The notes below the pieces were generated by a model that saw nothing but the letters and a program-made list of their open reading frames with translations, ran no database searches and was not told the origin of the DNA. Source: Candidatus Thorarchaeota archaeon (GTDB lineage: Archaea; Asgardarchaeota; Thorarchaeia; Thorarchaeales; Thorarchaeaceae). Taken from it: a DNA stretch of 64,000 bases. This document shows positions 29,791-39,033 of this stretch, in pieces (the stretch's first letter is position 1; each line of letters opens with the position of its first letter). Location of the stretch: the NCBI GenBank assembly GCA_016933575.1, contig JAFGAR010000081.1:32001-96000 (forward strand). The letters run 5' to 3'. The position numbers and the translations under genes were made by a program.

Positions 29791-30129
29791 GTGATACATT
29801 TGGATCTTGTATTCGGATTTACACTTGTGATTGTTCTCAGTTTCCTGTTTGCCGCAGTGATCATATTAATTGGTCGTGCGGTCGCTCCAGAAGCACGATT
29901 GATAGGAGGGGCTGTAGAGTCGTATGCTTGTGGAGAGCCTGCATTCTTAGGCGGAAAAGTGCAGTTTAATCTCGAGCTCTTCAACTACGCATTGTACTTC
30001 ATGCTCTTTGATATTGTTGGCTTTATTCTGTTCCTCTCATGGGCTAGCCCAAGTATCATTGTAATCGTATATTTAGTCATGACCTTGGTTGCAGCAGCCT
30101 ATGTATCAGTCAGTCCTCAGGATGAATAG
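29791..30129 (+). CDS. NuoA/ND3-like membrane subunit of group 4 hydrogenase complex
   Basis: Three TMs, YACGE loop, F.YAL.F..FD. Confidence 0.8.
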   Translation: MIHLDLVFGFTLVIVLSFLFAAVIILIGRAVAPEARLIGGAVESYACGEPAFLGGKVQFNLELFNYALYFMLFDIVGFILFLSWASPSIIVIVYLVMTLVAAAYVSVSPQDE

Positions 30130-30140
30130 GAGATGATTTC

Positions 30141-30632
30141 GTGGGATTTCTAAAACGTCTTATCAACAAGGCACGCGTAAAATCGCCATACGTTTTTCAC
30201 TTCAACTCAGGGAGCTGCAATGGTTGCGATATTGAGATCATCGCCGCCCTAATGCCAAGGATAGACCTTGAGAGATTTGGCGTGAAGCTCGTTGGAAGTC
30301 CGAGACATGCAGATATTATGCTCTGTACCGGACCAGTAACTGAACAGATTAAACCAAGGCTTCAGAAGATTTACGAACAGATGGCTGAACCAAAATTCGT
30401 AGTAGCAGTTGGATCATGTGCATGCAGTGGTGGAGTATTTAGAAGTGGATACAATGTATTGGGTGGCGTAGACCAAGCGATTCCCGTAACAGCATACATT
30501 CCAGGATGCCCGCCTAAACCTTCAGCAATCACATTTGGTGCCTACAAACTCCTTGAAGTGCTCTCAGAGGCACTTAATAGAGAGGCTCCTGAGGTCGCAC
30601 CAGCTACTGAGAAGGAGGCTGTAGAAGCATGA
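30141..30632 (+). CDS. Group 4 hydrogenase small subunit (NuoB/EchC-like)
   Basis: GSCNGCDIE, SPRHAD, GSCA.SGG, PGCPP. Confidence 0.9.
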   Translation: MGFLKRLINKARVKSPYVFHFNSGSCNGCDIEIIAALMPRIDLERFGVKLVGSPRHADIMLCTGPVTEQIKPRLQKIYEQMAEPKFVVAVGSCACSGGVFRSGYNVLGGVDQAIPVTAYIPGCPPKPSAITFGAYKLLEVLSEALNREAPEVAPATEKEAVEA

Positions 30633-31198
30633 GTGAAGAGACAGAGTTTGTAAGTGAGCATCATCCAGCTCCAAATGATGAAAGACATCAGCAAGAATAT
30701 TCATTGATGCAGAAAATAAAGAATGATCTTGGTGACGCCATTATTGATGATGGTACATATGTTCACCTACAGCCTCGAAGATTATTCATACAGGTTCGAC
30801 CAGACAGGCTTCGTGATGTCATCAAATACATGCAAGAAACTCACGATATGTGGCAATTTTCTACTCTCTCAGGTAGAGACTTGGGTGACGACCTACAAGC
30901 AGTCTATCACTTCTTTTTGACAGAAACGAAAGTTGGAATTAGCTTTAGAGTGAATGTTCCACGTTCGAAGCCTGAGTATTCTTCGATTACAGACCTGGTC
31001 CCCGCAGCAGAATATGTTGAGAACGAACTCCGAGAACTCTTCGGCGTCATCACAGCTGGTCATCCTTATGTTAGACGTGTTGAACTTCCAGAGAATTGGC
31101 CCAAGAATGAATATCCAATGAGAAAAGATTGGGCAGATCCTCGAGGTCTGATGGAGCGCTCTAAAACACTTGGTGCAAAAGCAGTGGAGGATTTGTAA
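30629..31198 (+). CDS. NuoC/EchD-like subunit
   Basis: YHF, SIT...P.A...E.E..ELFGV...GHP, WP...YPMRKD. Confidence 0.88.
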   Translation: MSEETEFVSEHHPAPNDERHQQEYSLMQKIKNDLGDAIIDDGTYVHLQPRRLFIQVRPDRLRDVIKYMQETHDMWQFSTLSGRDLGDDLQAVYHFFLTETKVGISFRVNVPRSKPEYSSITDLVPAAEYVENELRELFGVITAGHPYVRRVELPENWPKNEYPMRKDWADPRGLMERSKTLGAKAVEDL

Positions 31199-31199
31199 G

Positions 31200-32447
31200 A
31201 TGACTGAAACTAGTGAGAGAAAAATTGTAACACCACCACGAATCTCAATTCCCATTGGTCCGCAACACCCCGCCCTAAAAGAACCAGGAATGTTCAAGCT
31301 CACTATCGAAGGAGAAAAGATAGTGGATGCCGAGGTAAATATTGGTTACAACCATCGAGGAATCGAGAAGATTGCCGAGGGTAATACGCACCTCCAGAAT
31401 CTATACCTTATGGCAAGAATCTGCGGTATCTGCTCAGCCACCCATAATGGCAACTATGCACAAGCTGTTGAGTTTGCTGCTGAAATCGAGATTCCGGAAC
31501 GCGCTAGATTCCTACGAACCCTTGTCTGGGAACTTGAGAGAATTCATTCCCACCTCCTATGGCTTGGTGTTGCTTTCCACGAAGTGGGTTTTGATACTGC
31601 TTTCATGTATTCTTGGCGAGACCGTGAAGTTGTCATGGATATGCTTGAGGATATATCAGGCAATCGAGTGAACTATGATTTCAATACAATTGGCGGCGTT
31701 CGCCGAGATGTGAATGACATTCTTATTCAACGTCTTAGAAAGGGTCTCGATAAGCTGGAAAAGCGAACACTCTATTATCGAGATGTAGCAATCCACGAGA
31801 AGACTTTTTGGAACCGTGTTGATGGTGTTGGACTCCTTCCAACTCATCTGGCGAAGAGTCATGGTGCTGTCGGTCCGACCGCAAGAGGCAGCAATGTGCC
31901 TATTGATGTTCGTTTCAACGACCCAACACAGGCATATGTGAACCTTGTTGACTCTGGAGAGTTTGAGATGGTTCTTTCTGATAGATGTGATGTTGCTGGT
32001 CGTTCAGTGGTTCGAGTCCAAGAGGTTCTAGAAACTATCCGAATGTGTCGATGGATGTTAGACAATCTGCCAGATGGCCCAATTCGTGAGCGTGTTCGTC
32101 CAAAGATTCAACCTAACGAAGTGTTAGCACGATACGAAGCTCCTAGAGGAGAATGTGTGCATTATCTTATCACTGGTGACGGAGCCGGAAATGCATCAGA
32201 CAAACCCTACAGAATAAAGGTTCGAGCACCTACTCATGCAAACTGGGTATCCATGTCTGACTGCTTACGTGGTAACCATCTTGCGGATGCTCCCATTATC
32301 TTAGCTGCCATTGATCCCTGTTTCAGCTGCACAGACAGAGTCGTTTTAGTTGATGCCAAAGATGAGTCTATACAACTAGTCCCCCTCGATGTAATGCGCG
32401 ATAGAGCTAACAAATGGTACTCTGATAATGCAAGGAGAGTTGCTTGA
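31200..32447 (+). CDS. Group 4 [NiFe]-hydrogenase large subunit (NuoD/EchE-like, Ni-binding Cys intact)
   Basis: GPQHP, GYNHRGIEK, RICGIC, ELERIHSH, EAPRGE, DPCFSCTDR plus a 35-aa extension. Confidence 0.92.
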   Translation: MTETSERKIVTPPRISIPIGPQHPALKEPGMFKLTIEGEKIVDAEVNIGYNHRGIEKIAEGNTHLQNLYLMARICGICSATHNGNYAQAVEFAAEIEIPERARFLRTLVWELERIHSHLLWLGVAFHEVGFDTAFMYSWRDREVVMDMLEDISGNRVNYDFNTIGGVRRDVNDILIQRLRKGLDKLEKRTLYYRDVAIHEKTFWNRVDGVGLLPTHLAKSHGAVGPTARGSNVPIDVRFNDPTQAYVNLVDSGEFEMVLSDRCDVAGRSVVRVQEVLETIRMCRWMLDNLPDGPIRERVRPKIQPNEVLARYEAPRGECVHYLITGDGAGNASDKPYRIKVRAPTHANWVSMSDCLRGNHLADAPIILAAIDPCFSCTDRVVLVDAKDESIQLVPLDVMRDRANKWYSDNARRVA

Positions 32448-32448
32448 G

Positions 32449-33537
32449 ATGCAAACAATTGTTGATTTTACGCTCTCATTGGTTATTCAAGGTCTCTGGA
32501 TCCTAGTATTTCCAGGTATCTTCTTCATCACTTTTCTTGCCCTTCTCTGGGAATGGACAGACAGGAAAATCTATGCTCGTTTACAGAATCGAATGGGTCC
32601 GCTTCATACAGGATGGCGTGGTATTCTTCAACCTTTGATGGATTTTCTCAAACTACTTGGGAAAGAGGACCTCACTCCAAGAAAAGCTAACAGGAGAGGA
32701 TTTGCAGCAGTTCCGGTTGTAATGCTCGTGATGAGTCTTCTACTGTGTATGTTTTTACCTATTGTTGATATGAACCCTTCAATTGCAGGGATTCAGGGAA
32801 TTCTCAGTTTTGAAGGTGATTTGATTCTTATCCTATTCATATCCACTTTGATGGCTTTCACAATCATCTTGGCTGGATATTTCTCATCAAATCCCTTTGG
32901 CCAGACTGGTGCTGCTCGTACTGGTATGCTTCTGATTAGTTTCGAGATTCCACTAATTCTCTCAATTATAACTCCAGCTGCATTAACAGGTAGTCTTAGA
33001 GTGAGTACAATTATGAGCACACTTGGCAGTATACCCTCAATTCTTGGTATACACCCAATATTGTTAATGCTTCTTCTAGCTGGGCCTCTTGTCATCTTTT
33101 TGATTGCTATTCAAGCTGAACTTGAACGAATTCCATTTGATGTTAGCCATGCTGAAACTGAGATAGTGCATGGTTGGCAGGTTGAGTTCAGTGGTAAGAA
33201 GTTGGCAATGATTCATCTTGCTGAGGACATCATGTTGGTTTCTGGCGTAGGCCTTGCTGTAACATTGTTTCTTGGAGGTCCATATCTACTGGAGTTCATA
33301 CCACTCCCTATCTTTCAGACCTTTGGCACAGTCATTGCATCATCAATAGTCGGTTGGATATACTATACATTGGTGTTCATGTTCAAGTCCGTGTTAGTTA
33401 TTCTTATTCTGAGTAATGTGCGGACAGTGTTCGGTCGATGGAGAATAGATCAGATTGTGCATGCAGCATGGCGTTACATTGTGCCAATCTCACTCGTCTG
33501 GCTTGTTATGATACAGCTAGTATTAGGAGGTCTCTAA
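32449..33537 (+). CDS. NuoH/EchB-like membrane subunit
   Basis: RK..AR.Q.R.GP, LQP..D..KL..KE, R.PFD...AE.E...G...EFSG, R.R.DQ. Confidence 0.9.
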   Translation: MQTIVDFTLSLVIQGLWILVFPGIFFITFLALLWEWTDRKIYARLQNRMGPLHTGWRGILQPLMDFLKLLGKEDLTPRKANRRGFAAVPVVMLVMSLLLCMFLPIVDMNPSIAGIQGILSFEGDLILILFISTLMAFTIILAGYFSSNPFGQTGAARTGMLLISFEIPLILSIITPAALTGSLRVSTIMSTLGSIPSILGIHPILLMLLLAGPLVIFLIAIQAELERIPFDVSHAETEIVHGWQVEFSGKKLAMIHLAEDIMLVSGVGLAVTLFLGGPYLLEFIPLPIFQTFGTVIASSIVGWIYYTLVFMFKSVLVILILSNVRTVFGRWRIDQIVHAAWRYIVPISLVWLVMIQLVLGGL

Positions 33538-33539
33538 TC

Positions 33540-33911
33540 ATGGCACGACTCGGTAAGATGGAACGTGAATTACTCAAAAGTGCATCTTCAAAACAAGCAA
33601 CAGTACTGTACCCGTTCACGAAAGAAGGTCTCAATATTCCTGACGGTCTCAGGGGGAAATGGGTATACAAGAATCCCGATAAATGTACAGGCTGTAAGAT
33701 CTGTGAACGAGTATGTCCATCTGGAGCAATTGAGATGATTGAGTGCAGGCCTAAGGATGTTCAAACAAAGACTGGTTTCCGTCCAGTATGTCACTTTGAT
33801 AGATGTATTCTATGTGGGCAATGCGTTGAGAGCTGCCCTAGAGATGTACTTGCTCTCTCTGGTGAGTTTGAGATGGCTTATCTCAGTCGTGATGACATGG
33901 TCATTGACTAG
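33540..33911 (+). CDS. NuoI/EchF-like 2x[4Fe-4S] subunit
   Basis: T..YP, RG, CTGCKICERVCP, CILCGQCVESCP. Confidence 0.9.
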   Translation: MARLGKMERELLKSASSKQATVLYPFTKEGLNIPDGLRGKWVYKNPDKCTGCKICERVCPSGAIEMIECRPKDVQTKTGFRPVCHFDRCILCGQCVESCPRDVLALSGEFEMAYLSRDDMVID

Positions 33912-33937
33912 TACCATATAGATGTGTGAAAAAGAAT

Positions 33938-34504
33938 CTAAGCATCTTGAGCGAGTGCTTCTTCACCTGCTTTCATACCAAGTTCCAATGCAAGTAGATT
34001 GCTCTTGAGAAATCTTGGCCACCTCTCTTCTATCCGGGCTTTAAGGCCTTCAATAGAGAGTGCTTTTGTAATGACCGCAAAGGCTCCAAGCATAACCACA
34101 TTCGTTGCCTGTTTGTTGCCCACATCCTTGTCTGCAATCCGTGTTGCTGGAATCTTGTAGACCTTCACACCCTTGGGCAATTTTCCTTCAACTTCTACAA
34201 GGTCTTCATCTAGTATCAGTGTTCCATTCTCTTTGAGACCATCAATATATTCCAGGTATGCTGCTCTGCTAAGCACTACGAATACATCGGGTGCTTGGAC
34301 TTTAGGATAGTCAACCTCTTCATCCGAGATGACAATCTCGCTCTTACTGGCCCCACCACGAGCCTCAGGTCCATAGGACTGTGTCTGAACGACATATTTC
34401 TTGTCATAGAGCGATGCAGTTTCTCCAACAACTACTGCCATCGTTACAACGCCTTGACCGCCAAATCCTCCAATCCTAACCTCATACCTACTCAAGTCAA
34501 TCAC
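33938..34504 (-). CDS. korC: 2-oxoacid:ferredoxin oxidoreductase gamma subunit
   Basis: GFGGQGVV, QSYGPEARGG, N.VMLGA. Confidence 0.9.
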   Translation of the reverse strand: MIDLSRYEVRIGGFGGQGVVTMAVVVGETASLYDKKYVVQTQSYGPEARGGASKSEIVISDEEVDYPKVQAPDVFVVLSRAAYLEYIDGLKENGTLILDEDLVEVEGKLPKGVKVYKIPATRIADKDVGNKQATNVVMLGAFAVITKALSIEGLKARIEERWPRFLKSNLLALELGMKAGEEALAQDA

Positions 34505-35343
34505 CTTTGGGCTTTCTTTTGCATCTCTCTGAGAACTTCTGTGTACTCTGGCTTCTCAATATCCACGAACTCACCACACACAATTCTAGTTGCATAGTCG
34601 AGTTCTGCCTCATGGGGTGGAAGCCCGTTCTGAATTTCTGCTACTTCCAGTAGGTGTCTGTGCATTTCAACACCATCACCAAGCCGATTCATTCGACCAT
34701 ATGCTGTTGGACATGCTCCAATGATCTCAACGAAAGAGAATCCCTTCTTTACTATTCCTTTCTCAATCGATTTTGTTGCACGTCGTGCTTGGACTGCAGT
34801 CCATCTCGCGACAAAAGTTGCTCCTGAGGATGCTGCTAACTTCACTAGATTGAATGGATGCTCAATGTTTCCAATTGGTGCTGGACTTGTCTGTGAGTAT
34901 CGTTCATGTTCGGTTGTAGGCCCGAACTGTCCGCCGGTCATGCCATAGTTGAAGTTGTTAATGCAGATTACCGTCATGTCGATGTTTCGTCTGCATGCAT
35001 GAATCAGGTGATTTCCTCCGATGGCTGCAATATCTCCGTCACCACTGACAACAATGACCTCAAGCTCTGGGTTTGCAATCTTTACACCTTCTGCAAATGC
35101 AATAGCCCTGCCATGCGTAGTGTGATAGGTCCCAGTCTTGAAATAACCTGATGTACGTCCAGTGCATCCTATTCCTGAGATAACGACTGTCTTGTTGAAG
35201 TCAATCCCAAGATTGTCGATTGCTCGTGCGATCATCCCGGTAACAATACCGACGGAACAACCTGAGCAGTAAATCCAAGGCTGACGATCTTCTCTGATGT
35301 ACTTAGCCATTGGATGTTTGAGGACGTGTACAGACTCTGTCAT
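34501..35343 (-). CDS. korB: 2-oxoacid:ferredoxin oxidoreductase beta subunit
   Basis: C.GC, SGIGC, HTTHGR, GDGD...IGGNH, NN..YGMTGGQ, CPT. Confidence 0.92.
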   Translation of the reverse strand: MTESVHVLKHPMAKYIREDRQPWIYCSGCSVGIVTGMIARAIDNLGIDFNKTVVISGIGCTGRTSGYFKTGTYHTTHGRAIAFAEGVKIANPELEVIVVSGDGDIAAIGGNHLIHACRRNIDMTVICINNFNYGMTGGQFGPTTEHERYSQTSPAPIGNIEHPFNLVKLAASSGATFVARWTAVQARRATKSIEKGIVKKGFSFVEIIGACPTAYGRMNRLGDGVEMHRHLLEVAEIQNGLPPHEAELDYATRIVCGEFVDIEKPEYTEVLREMQKKAQR

Positions 35344-35422
35344 CGGAGGTACTCCTTATCACGAGTTCGATGCAAACATGATAAAAGGGTTGTTGATGCG
35401 GTTGTCCATTTCAGGATGCAGA

Positions 35423-35437
35423 ATTAACACTGTTAAT
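35423..35437. promoter_or_regulatory. Palindrome ATTAACA-C-TGTTAAT upstream of korB
   Basis: Perfect 7-bp arms about 80 bp upstream of the korB start. Confidence 0.4.
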
Positions 35438-35801
35438 AGATAACTTACTAATGAATGACCTTAATGGCTAGTACTATACCCTTCCAATCTTGGTGTTTTG
35501 TTTAGAGCTTTTGAAAAATCCCGTCATATCCAAATTGAAGTTATTTATACATTCTAGTGAACGATTGTTGCCTCTAATCCTCAGTCATGACATCATAGTA
35601 GTCGTTACATGATATCCTGTTATCAGTATAGAATGTCTTTCAGGCATTGTTTGTTCAATTAAGCAACCTTGCGAAGCTATATACTGATGATTGTACACCA
35701 TGATATTCAGTATGTATCTCAATTAATTAGATATAACGAATCACTCCCTCCGAAGAAGGCTAATATTCATCCTCCACAAAGACTCCATTAAGGTGGGTCA
35801 A

Positions 35802-37385
35802 ATGGCTGGCCATGTAATTGAAGCAATCCTCATCACTGACAAAAACAGTAATCCTCGATTCTACATGCAGCTTGACCCGAGAGCGTTTGGGATGGACCCT
35901 ATCCTTGCATCTAGTTTCTTTACAGCAATAGACATGTTCTCAAAAGAAGTATTCCAGCAGAGTGCTCCTGTCTTCCATGTTGACTATGGGGCTCATATCT
36001 TCACCGTGCTGAATGGTGAGACTGCCCACCTGATTGCTGTTGGTGTCCAACGACTAAACACTGAGATTATTCAGATTCTTGATTCTCTGTTGAACGAGTT
36101 TGAAGATAAATGGCTACCAACTACTCAGATGCTTGATAGTGATGCTCCTTTTGTAGATGCGTACCTAGAACCCTTTGGCGAGAGCGTCATGATGAAGCTC
36201 TCCTTTGATGATCTTCCAGATTCTTGGGTTCCCTATTTCACAGTGGATCCAAATGCTATCGTCACAACAAGTGGTACGCTTGTACCTATCATTAATGGCT
36301 CTCGGAACATGAAAGAAATATTGGACTTGAGTGGTCTCTCAAAACGCGATCTCTACCTTGAGATATCCAAATTGTGGGCTTATAGGGTAATTCGTTTTCG
36401 AAACACCCTTAGCTTCAATGATTTTGTTGCATCACGAATTGAATTCTTCAAATACGTTCAGACGACCTCTCGAGAAACTGAAACTCTACGTAGTATTCAT
36501 CCAAATATGGTCACCATTATTCCAAGACTTGCGGGGTTGATGGATGGTCGAAGAAGTGTTAGAGAGATTCTTGTCCATCTAGGATCTATATACGATGAGC
36601 GTGAAATTCTTCGAGTTCTCGATTATCTACTTGAAAAAGGAGTCATCGAGGCACTCCCCCCAGAGAAACGACGTATCCTCCTCGTGAAAGAAGTTCTTGA
36701 GATGACCCTGCGTATTGCTGAAGAATATCACCAGCAGGAAACAGTAACTAATCTTCTAATTTCTGCAATGACAGCCAGCGAAGCGCCTGAGACCCTTGCC
36801 CAACTACGCCTCTCGGACAATCATTGGTCTGTTGATTTCGATATCAAGATACTAGAGGGTCTCAATAATCGAAGGCTTATGCTAATCTTTGGTGAATGGA
36901 TAAAGATTCTCGCTCAGTTTTCCGCAGGAATTGACCCAAAGAACCTCAACGCATTTGTCACTAAATTGACCAAAGCATTTCACGATAGAATCGCGACTCG
37001 CTTTGCCGGATTTGATCTACGAGGTTTTGAAGAGTACTCTTTCTGGTTAGAGCAATTGACCCATCAAGATATGATTCAGGTCAAGACCATAAGGACTGGG
37101 TCCTTGAAGCCCACTGGAGAGAATCCTGCTGAAGAGATGATTTTCACTTTGGTAACTAGAGGTCAAGCAATATACGGTACAGATCGAATTACGCGAATCT
37201 GTGCAGCAGCCAACATACCACTGATGGATATTCCACCGGATTATTGGGTGGACTGGCAAAAGAATCAGAGCCTTCAGCGCCTGATGTTGGAATATGCAAA
37301 ATTTGGAAGTGCTGCAAAATTCACTCTATTGATTCTTTCAATTCGTCTAGGGATTTCTTTGCCGCAGTCTATCACTTTTGAATAG
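35802..37385 (+). CDS. Longin + tandem winged-helix protein resembling NPRL2/NPRL3 (eukaryotic signature protein)
   Basis: N-terminal longin pattern (IEAILITD...DP.L.S.FF.AI..F.KE...). Then VPYFT...LVPIINGSRNMKEI...ISKLWAYRVI and a second wHTH MDGRRSVREI...LDYLLEKGVI. Confidence 0.65.
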   Translation: MAGHVIEAILITDKNSNPRFYMQLDPRAFGMDPILASSFFTAIDMFSKEVFQQSAPVFHVDYGAHIFTVLNGETAHLIAVGVQRLNTEIIQILDSLLNEFEDKWLPTTQMLDSDAPFVDAYLEPFGESVMMKLSFDDLPDSWVPYFTVDPNAIVTTSGTLVPIINGSRNMKEILDLSGLSKRDLYLEISKLWAYRVIRFRNTLSFNDFVASRIEFFKYVQTTSRETETLRSIHPNMVTIIPRLAGLMDGRRSVREILVHLGSIYDEREILRVLDYLLEKGVIEALPPEKRRILLVKEVLEMTLRIAEEYHQQETVTNLLISAMTASEAPETLAQLRLSDNHWSVDFDIKILEGLNNRRLMLIFGEWIKILAQFSAGIDPKNLNAFVTKLTKAFHDRIATRFAGFDLRGFEEYSFWLEQLTHQDMIQVKTIRTGSLKPTGENPAEEMIFTLVTRGQAIYGTDRITRICAAANIPLMDIPPDYWVDWQKNQSLQRLMLEYAKFGSAAKFTLLILSIRLGISLPQSITFE

Positions 37386-37468
37386 GAACACTATTCTATC
37401 TTTGTAATGATAACCGTTATCTGATACCAATCACAAGTGTCCAGTATAAGTATGTGAGATGATTTAGA

Positions 37469-37990
37469 ATGAGTCCGACATATCTTCTCAAAGTAGTCAC
37501 CGTTGGATCCGCATCTGTTGGGAAGACAAGTCTCATTATCCGATACTCAACTGGCGTCTTTCGAGAACACTATTCCCCAACTCTTGGAACTGGATTTGCA
37601 TACAAGAAGATGCGGATTGATAACAACCTGGTGAATCTTCAGATCTGGGATTTGGGATCACAGGATTTTCTTGAACGGGTTCGAGCGAATTACTATATTG
37701 GGACCCAAGGAGTCATCTTTCTCTATGATGTTACTTCTTGGGAGTCGCTGAACGATGTAGAAGAATGGAAGAACGAAGTGGATCGCAATGTCGAGGATTA
37801 TCAAGCACTACTGGTGGGCAATAAGGTTGACCTTGTAAATGAACGTGTGGTTCCCATAGAAGAAGGTCTGAAACTTGCTGAACGTTTTGGGATGAAATAT
37901 ATCGAAACTTCTGTACGTGATGACAAGAATGTCAACAAAGCATTCGAAATGATTGCAAGGAGTATCAGCGAGTCGTTGTTCAAGAAATGA
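37469..37990 (+). CDS. Rab-like small GTPase
   Basis: G1 GSASVGKT, G2 PTLG, G3 WDLGSQ, G4 NKVD, G5 ETSV. Rab-like LQIWD and YY.G features; no C-terminal prenylation Cys. Confidence 0.92.
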   Translation: MSPTYLLKVVTVGSASVGKTSLIIRYSTGVFREHYSPTLGTGFAYKKMRIDNNLVNLQIWDLGSQDFLERVRANYYIGTQGVIFLYDVTSWESLNDVEEWKNEVDRNVEDYQALLVGNKVDLVNERVVPIEEGLKLAERFGMKYIETSVRDDKNVNKAFEMIARSISESLFKK

Positions 37991-38965
37991 TCAATGGTCA
38001 ACTCCAGAGTAGTAGGGTGATGCGTCGAGAATTCTCTTCATCGCCTGTCCTTTGAAGAGCTTAGCAATGTGTCTTTTCATACCCATCATTGATTTCATTT
38101 CTTCAAGGTACTGATCAAAGGTCCTTGTCTGAAATTTCAAGAGTCTCTGGGATTCTTCCGTATCTAGCCAATCCGTGTAGAAATACTCTTCAGGTTTTGT
38201 GGCAATCTTGAAAGCTGAGTCAGGAGGCATCTCCATACCCATTGCTTCCATGAATTTCGAAAGGAATTCACGTTGTAGCATTTGTCCTGATTTTCCCCCT
38301 CCAATCAGAAGGGTTTTCCCCACAGTATCTGCTTCCACTGCATTAGCGCACGCTAATCCGACATCTCGAGAGTGAACAAATTCAATTCTCTGATCCAATG
38401 GTATTTCAAACAAGATTGGATCAATATTAGTACCCACATTCATTGGAGGCGCTGCAGCAAACCGAAGGATTGTCCAAGGAAGTGAAGACGCTCTAACCAA
38501 TTTTTCGCATTCAATTTTGGTTTCCGTGTAGGTGTCTGTTGCTATAAGTGGATCATTAATAGTTCTCGGTGGTTGGAGATGCATGGTTGGTCCGAATGCT
38601 GATACCGAGCCAGCAAAGATGAACTTTGGAACTTGTTCTTGACCCTCGGCAACCTCGAGCATATTTCGAGTCCCCTCTAGATTCACACCTCTAGCTAGTG
38701 TTGGTTTCTGTTCGGAAAGCGGTGGGATGATACCTGCAAGGTGAATGACGCAATCTACTCCTTCGAAGATTGGCTCCAGATATATTTTTTCTTGAATATC
38801 TCCCCAGACTGTTTCAAACTTGCCTCTTCTACTCAGCTGCTTCTGCTTCTTCTCATTATTCTTTGTAAATAAATCAAAACATCGAATATCATATCCTTTT
38901 GAGAATAATGCTAAGAGTGAACTCTCACCAATATTTCCGAAAGCACCAGTCAATAAAACTCTCAT
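37991..38965 (-). CDS. NAD-dependent epimerase/dehydratase (extended SDR)
   Basis: TGAFGNIG, HLAG, VN..GT, YTETK (YxxxK). Confidence 0.88.
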   Translation of the reverse strand: MRVLLTGAFGNIGESSLLALFSKGYDIRCFDLFTKNNEKKQKQLSRRGKFETVWGDIQEKIYLEPIFEGVDCVIHLAGIIPPLSEQKPTLARGVNLEGTRNMLEVAEGQEQVPKFIFAGSVSAFGPTMHLQPPRTINDPLIATDTYTETKIECEKLVRASSLPWTILRFAAAPPMNVGTNIDPILFEIPLDQRIEFVHSRDVGLACANAVEADTVGKTLLIGGGKSGQMLQREFLSKFMEAMGMEMPPDSAFKIATKPEEYFYTDWLDTEESQRLLKFQTRTFDQYLEEMKSMMGMKRHIAKLFKGQAMKRILDASPYYSGVDH

Positions 38966-39033
38966 AGTTTATGGTAGTAATTTCTTCATCTTAACTTTTA
39001 CCAAAATCAAAGATTGCCTCTTTCGGTGCAGAC

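Noticed and set aside
35685-35750. CTGATGA as a possible hammerhead core or C box
   Set aside because: No stem II + GAAA, and no properly spaced D box follows.
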